Source of the DNA: Balanoglossus misakiensis | Taxonomy: Eukaryota > Animalia > Hemichordata | Assembly: GCA_040954595.2 (NCBI GenBank) | Contig: CM082592.2 | Coordinates: 7,799,677 to 7,863,676, forward strand | Length of the DNA stretch: 64,000 nt | Direction of reading: 5' to 3' | In this document: in pieces, positions 58,965 to 64,000 of the stretch | Position numbering within the stretch: the first letter of the stretch is position 1 | How the letters are laid out: each line of letters begins with the position of its first letter | Made by a program: the position numbers and the translations under genes | Notes under the pieces: generated by a model | Seen by the model: only the letters and a program-made list of their open reading frames with translations | Databases searched by the model: none | What the model was told of the DNA's origin: nothing

Positions 58965-61900
58965 TTAAAGAACTGGTGTGATTGCCAGTTGTGGGTTTTC
59001 TGTCGAATGCCTTGCTGAATCAGTGAACTTCAATTTTTTTCGGAAGAAATTTTAGCCTCTAAGAAAATTGTTTGAACTGTTCTGGATTTCAAACTGGTCA
59101 CTCGCGCTCCAGAAAACAACTATGGTTGTCTCATCTTCACATATACTTTGATGATCACTGTTTCAGCAAGCCAGGTACATTCTTGTGCATACAATAGACA
59201 GCTTGAAAATTAATATTGACAATCATCTTGAATGCACATTTCAGGGTGATTGTGAACCAGGGCTTAAACAGAAGAGATTTCCTATTCGGGGATAAAATCA
59301 TGAAAAGGGGGAAATAACATCATATCCACCCAAATATACAAATTGAATACATAATAATGGAAGATCAAATGCAAACCGCTGCTTAACTTAGAATAACGCA
59401 TTCCCATCACACACGCCACCAAAGTTGCCTTTTTCCAAAAATTACATTGTATTTAATCTCTTGTTCATTCTAAACCAAATTCTTTCCACTGTAAAATTCA
59501 ATCCATTTGTTTCTCCTTCCTGGCCACAGATGTAGTACTACAAAGTGACAAGCCTGTATATGGAGATGCTGTATCTGCTCTTGAAATCGTAGCATGAAGA
59601 TTATCGGATATTACAACACTTGGAAAGTCCTTTAAACTTCAATATCTATGTCATTCTTTCAAAAGTAAATGCTTTTATGAAGAAAAAAAGGCAGAAACAG
59701 CCTAAAACTATTTCAGGGCAAAAACGTAACATTCCATAAATGCATATTAATTGTCCTTTGCAAATTTTGATTTGAATGACAAAGATGACATTGCAGTGAT
59801 TCATAAATTCAGATGTTCTACCAGTGATGGTAGTTACAGACAAATCTGCCATTGATCTGAAACAAAGATTGATGCATGAGACACTGATTTGAAGTACAAG
59901 TGCGAGACAGTGGTCTGACGTCAAGACTTAAATTGACAAAAAAATGTGAAGATGATTTAAACCACGGACAAAATGCTGTTAAAGTGACTGGTCATCGTTG
60001 GATTCAACTGACTTGATAACAATACGGATTGCAGGTGGAAATATCATGAAATTGAAACGACAAGATAGTTCATCATTAATTTGGATCTCGTCATTTGACC
60101 TGTTAATCACGCATGATGTATGAATGAATGACAATTTCCTTGCCCCTTCGTACAGCAAAAGAGTAGCCAGGTTTTGGATTGAAATAAATCTGCTTCCCGC
60201 AGCGGTTTGGCTTTAAAGTTAAATTCATCTTGGGGGAATTTCACACATTTGACAATGCTGTCGGCAGCTATAGGCCAGGTAAACTGATTGGTTGTGGCTA
60301 GTAACATTATGAAAGGCTGCCAATGATTGGTCAGACATTTAAAAAAAAGAACAATAATTTTCTAAAGCAAGAGCTAAACTAATAAGGGGATTGAACTTTT
60401 TCAAGTTCACGCTCTAAAAACAACAATGTTTCGTCACAACTCAATTCTAAATTACAGGTATTAAATTCTATAAAAAATCGTCACCATGAAAACCTTAAAA
60501 TGAACTCATCTAAACTCTAGTAAAATTGAACATTTCTCTTCACATCATACATATTCAAAGTTGTTAAAAACTACAACTTCTCCATGTAGGGAGAAAAAAA
60601 TAACTATCAGAATTGTACAAACAAATTTGCACTTTGAACTTGGCTCTGTTTTACACTCTGAACATATATTTCATTCTAGGTATTGCATAATTATTTCATA
60701 ATCGGATCAAAAATTATGGCTGTTTCGTTATTCCTCGCTATAGTTCAGTTACTATGGCAACAAACTACAGAACATGCCACACAATTTTTAATACAATTTT
60801 TTATATTTTTTTATATTTTAAAAGTAATTACGCTGAAAATTGGTGTATTTTACACTAGTGACCTCAGACAGAAATCCTTTGGTCCAATGAAAGCATGTTT
60901 TATGGTGTTTTTTGTGATTTGATGGCTGAGATGTAGGAAGGGTCAGAGGGCAAAGTTCAACTGAGCGACCTCAGATACATTCACGATGCTTGATGTTTTT
61001 ATAAATACACACATCTCATGAAGGTAGTCATATTTATCAGTGTTTTTTTTCTTCTTAGCTACAATAGTAACTGCAGGAAGAATTATAAATAACATCACTT
61101 AATTCTCGGAGGAAGAAAAACGTTTTTTCATACTTCAATGAACTCTCGATTGTAGCTTAAGATGCAAGTGAATCCTTTTCACATGGACATAATGCTGACC
61201 TCTGAACCCTTAAGATATGATTCTTCAATGACTGGAGCCGTGACGTCTTTAATCTCTTCACCTCCTGCATTGCCTTTCAGTGACATGAATTAAACAGCTG
61301 GTAACATATTGCTTTGAAACGTCTCCCGTGGACATTTCTCTGGGCAAAACACACAATTCATGAATAAAAATTCACATGAAAATTTAAATTTTGTGGAATA
61401 TTTTTTTCTTTTGAATTCACATATACATGTATATATATATCACTTACAACAGTCTCAATGTTATCTGTACAAATATGTGCTTTCTACAATTTTAAATTCA
61501 GCCAATACACATTGCTTCAAAGTTCTCATAATCCAGGTTTTTGTCATGATAAGAAAGAAAAGTTTAAGTAATCAAAGCCATGAGGTAGGGAACCTCTAAA
61601 TAAGTTTTGTGAACAAAAAAATAGTTGATCCAGGATGATTTTTTTAGATGGTTGTGAGATTTTCTTGTAAGATGGCAATGAAGGAAGCACTTAGACTCTA
61701 CTTCAACATACAACATCACCGCTATATTACCATGGTAACCTTATCAACACTATAAAGCTTTTGCTGAAAGCTTCTCATTCTATAAAAAATTTGACTACAC
61801 ACTATCCCAAATATGAGTTGAGAAAAATGCGTTGAACACGTAATACTCACATGACAGCCCACATAGTTTTATTTTTCAGTACATTTCTTCAATTTGTGAT

Positions 61901-62219
61901 GTTAGTAAAATTATTGCATTTTAACCCAGTCATTCAGAAAACTGACTGAAAAAAAAATCAACAAATTGAAATCTCCTGGGAAACTATCAAAATGTAAGCT
62001 TGTAATTATTAAAATTCTAAAAAGAAATGAGTAACACACTCAAGAAGAGGGGATGGGGATGGAAATGAGCATTTGTTTGTTTGCTTGCTTTCTTATGTGT
62101 GTTGTTCTAGCGTTTTCAATCGCACAAGACATGATGAAAAGCTAAGCTAGAAGTTTACATGCTATGCTATAGCAGAAGGGGAACACGGGGACAATAGCGC
62201 CCTCGGTATCAGCATTTTT

Positions 62220-62303
62220 TTATTTACCACCAAACACACCACCAAATGTTGCTGTGATCACCAGAATTAAAATGGCGCAGCATATAATGATCATTATTTT
62301 CTT
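62220..62303 (-). CDS. STX1: syntaxin-1-like terminal exon encoding the C-terminal transmembrane anchor
   Basis: long CT-rich tract then ttgcag|AAGAAAATAATG...; KKIMIIICCAILILVITATFGGVFGGK*, close to the syntaxin-1A tail KKIMIIICCVILGIVIASTVGGIFA, which also begins an exon at this point. Confidence 0.85.
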   Translation of the reverse strand, partial: KKIMIIICCAILILVITATFGGVFGGK

Positions 62304-62812
62304 CTGCAATGTTCCATGAAAGCATGACAGGGAGAGAAAAAACAGAGAGAGAAAGAGAGAGAGAAACAAGAAAAAAGACGATTACATTAGTACATGCTTC
62401 AGTGAGTTCCAACACCACTTTAGCTGGGCATATAAAAGTAACGCACAAGATGAATGTTTATTTTGTACAACAACACTGCTACACATGGACTGCTGGCGAT
62501 GAAGATGCAGGATGCATGCAAATTGCCCCTCCACCAGCCCAGCTGCTGAAAAAATTACACCAGTAAGGTAAGTGAGTGTTGTCATGGTGATGAAAGATCA
62601 TCCAACCATCGCAGACGCAGTAGCCATCAACATTAGCATAAATGAGATGACACAGTAGATCTACCAATTATAATTCCCAGCCTTCAAAGAGATATACAGA
62701 CTCTTCTCATATTTTGAATAAAAATAAAATAAATTAAACTAAAATTAAATTAATAAAATAAAATGTAACGTAAATCAAATCACACCACACAGTTATTTTT
62801 ATGCACATCAAC

Positions 62813-62818
62813 TTTATT
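62813..62818 (-). promoter_or_regulatory. candidate poly(A) signal for the upstream alternative syntaxin last exon
   Basis: TTTATT on + (AATAAA on -), followed on - by GT-rich tgtgtggtgtg; lies between the two TM exons. Confidence 0.45.
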
Positions 62819-63736
62819 TGTCTACATTACATACAACATAAAATGTACATGTCTGATTTCCAACAGCTATTTACAATAACTCTAAATAAAATTTTACCTA
62901 ATAAACATTGAATTGCCCTAACTATAGGGTATGACACAAACATGTATATACTCAACAACATAAGTCATATTTCAGTACATTTCTCCTTTAGAACTAATGT
63001 TTTGCACCGCACATGTAATACACTTACTGTAAATTAATGGCATATATTTCTGTTTTAAGTAGACTATATGCGCGTTTGCTTTCTGAAGTTTATGGTCTGA
63101 ACAGCAATGTGTGTACGCCTGCAAAAAACTTCATGCAGATAAAAACAAAGGTCTCTCCACCGTTTAGACTGAAGAGGGCGTCATACAGCACCTAAACCAA
63201 GTGTTACTTCCCTCCTGAAAAGTGCGAAGTTGAGTTTAGACTGTGATTAAATCTTGCCCGACAGTAACTGTGATGTGACCTGTTATGGCATTGTGGACCT
63301 GCCAACAATAAACAGTAGCCACCTATCAAACTAGAATTTTAAAACGGTGTTAAACACAGAAATAATCTGAATTTGCCAATCCCTCTCTATAATAAGTACA
63401 TGTACCAGTAGGTAGCTACTTGACATTTAAACAGAACCCTTCAAGCTGAAAAAGAATTGCTTGAAATATTTCAAGAGAGAAAATAGGAAGGGGCAGTAAG
63501 CTTTGATTCTGCTGTGAGTTTGCTCTTAACAATATTCATTGTCATCAACACTGAATCTGGCAAAAGAATTCACAGGTTGTTTTCTCGAAGTATCAATATT
63601 ATTTTCAGGATCACAACTGATCCAGGTCAAAATGGCATTTTTTAGGAGATTGAGATGAATACATTAGTATAAATTAACATATTAGCATAAATTAACAAAT
63701 TAGCATGCATGAGTTAACCAGAGTCCAGGGCCCAGT

Positions 63737-63826
63737 TTAAGCTGCTGCCATGGCGGCCGGAAGCGCAATGATGAGAACCACAATACCCACTCCGACAGTG
63801 GCAACAGAAGCAATGACAATTTTCAT
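63737..63826 (-). CDS. probable alternative terminal exon of the syntaxin-like gene (second TM anchor)
   Basis: strong polypyrimidine tract, ctgacag|ATG; phase-0 MKIVIASVATVGVGIVVLIIALPAAMAAA*, a single hydrophobic helix then stop. Confidence 0.65.
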   Translation of the reverse strand: MKIVIASVATVGVGIVVLIIALPAAMAAA

Positions 63827-64000
63827 CTGTCAGAAAATAAAGCAGATAGAGGGAGGAAGAAACGAGAAGTAACAAAAAAAATGAATAAGTGGATGAACTG
63901 TTTGATGACATCACCAAATGATGCCTTGCAAGAAAATCATGATTTTTTTTCATGCTACTCAAATATGTACATAGCCTAACACTGGTAACAGTGGTACTGA

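Noticed and set aside
61180-61290. Minus-strand coding-looking 35-aa frame (MSLKGNAGGEEIKDVTAPVIEESYLK...)
   Set aside because: No convincing splice acceptor or homology; lies within the presumed 3' UTR.
63714-63962. 82-aa ORF with a hydrophobic stretch resembling sarcolamban/sarcolipin next to SERCA
   Set aside because: The hydrophobic stretch is the translated polypyrimidine tract of the acceptor at 63827; a different frame gives a cleaner terminal exon.

Overview
Eukaryotic (animal, probably marine invertebrate) genomic DNA; the provided ORF track is mostly noise because the genes are spliced. 127-~33100 (+): an intron-rich SERCA (ATP2A, P2A-type Ca2+-ATPase) gene whose first exons lie upstream of the window. 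Its 21 coding exons splice into one continuous frame and include one U12-type AT-AC intron (24085-24337), one GC-AG intron (22381-22567) and alternative C-termini: a read-through hydrophobic SERCA2b-like tail versus short spliced tails. 33521-58405: a ~25 kb array of an 87-bp AT-rich satellite built as a nested fold-back. Divergent B-type monomers point inward at both outer edges, around ~157 minus and ~117 plus A-type monomers that meet at a palindromic junction with a 6-nt spacer (47409-47414). ~58660-64000 (-): the 3' end of a convergent syntaxin-1-like gene, with at least two alternative last exons encoding different transmembrane anchors. Several short MITE-like elements and microsatellites lie in introns and UTRs.
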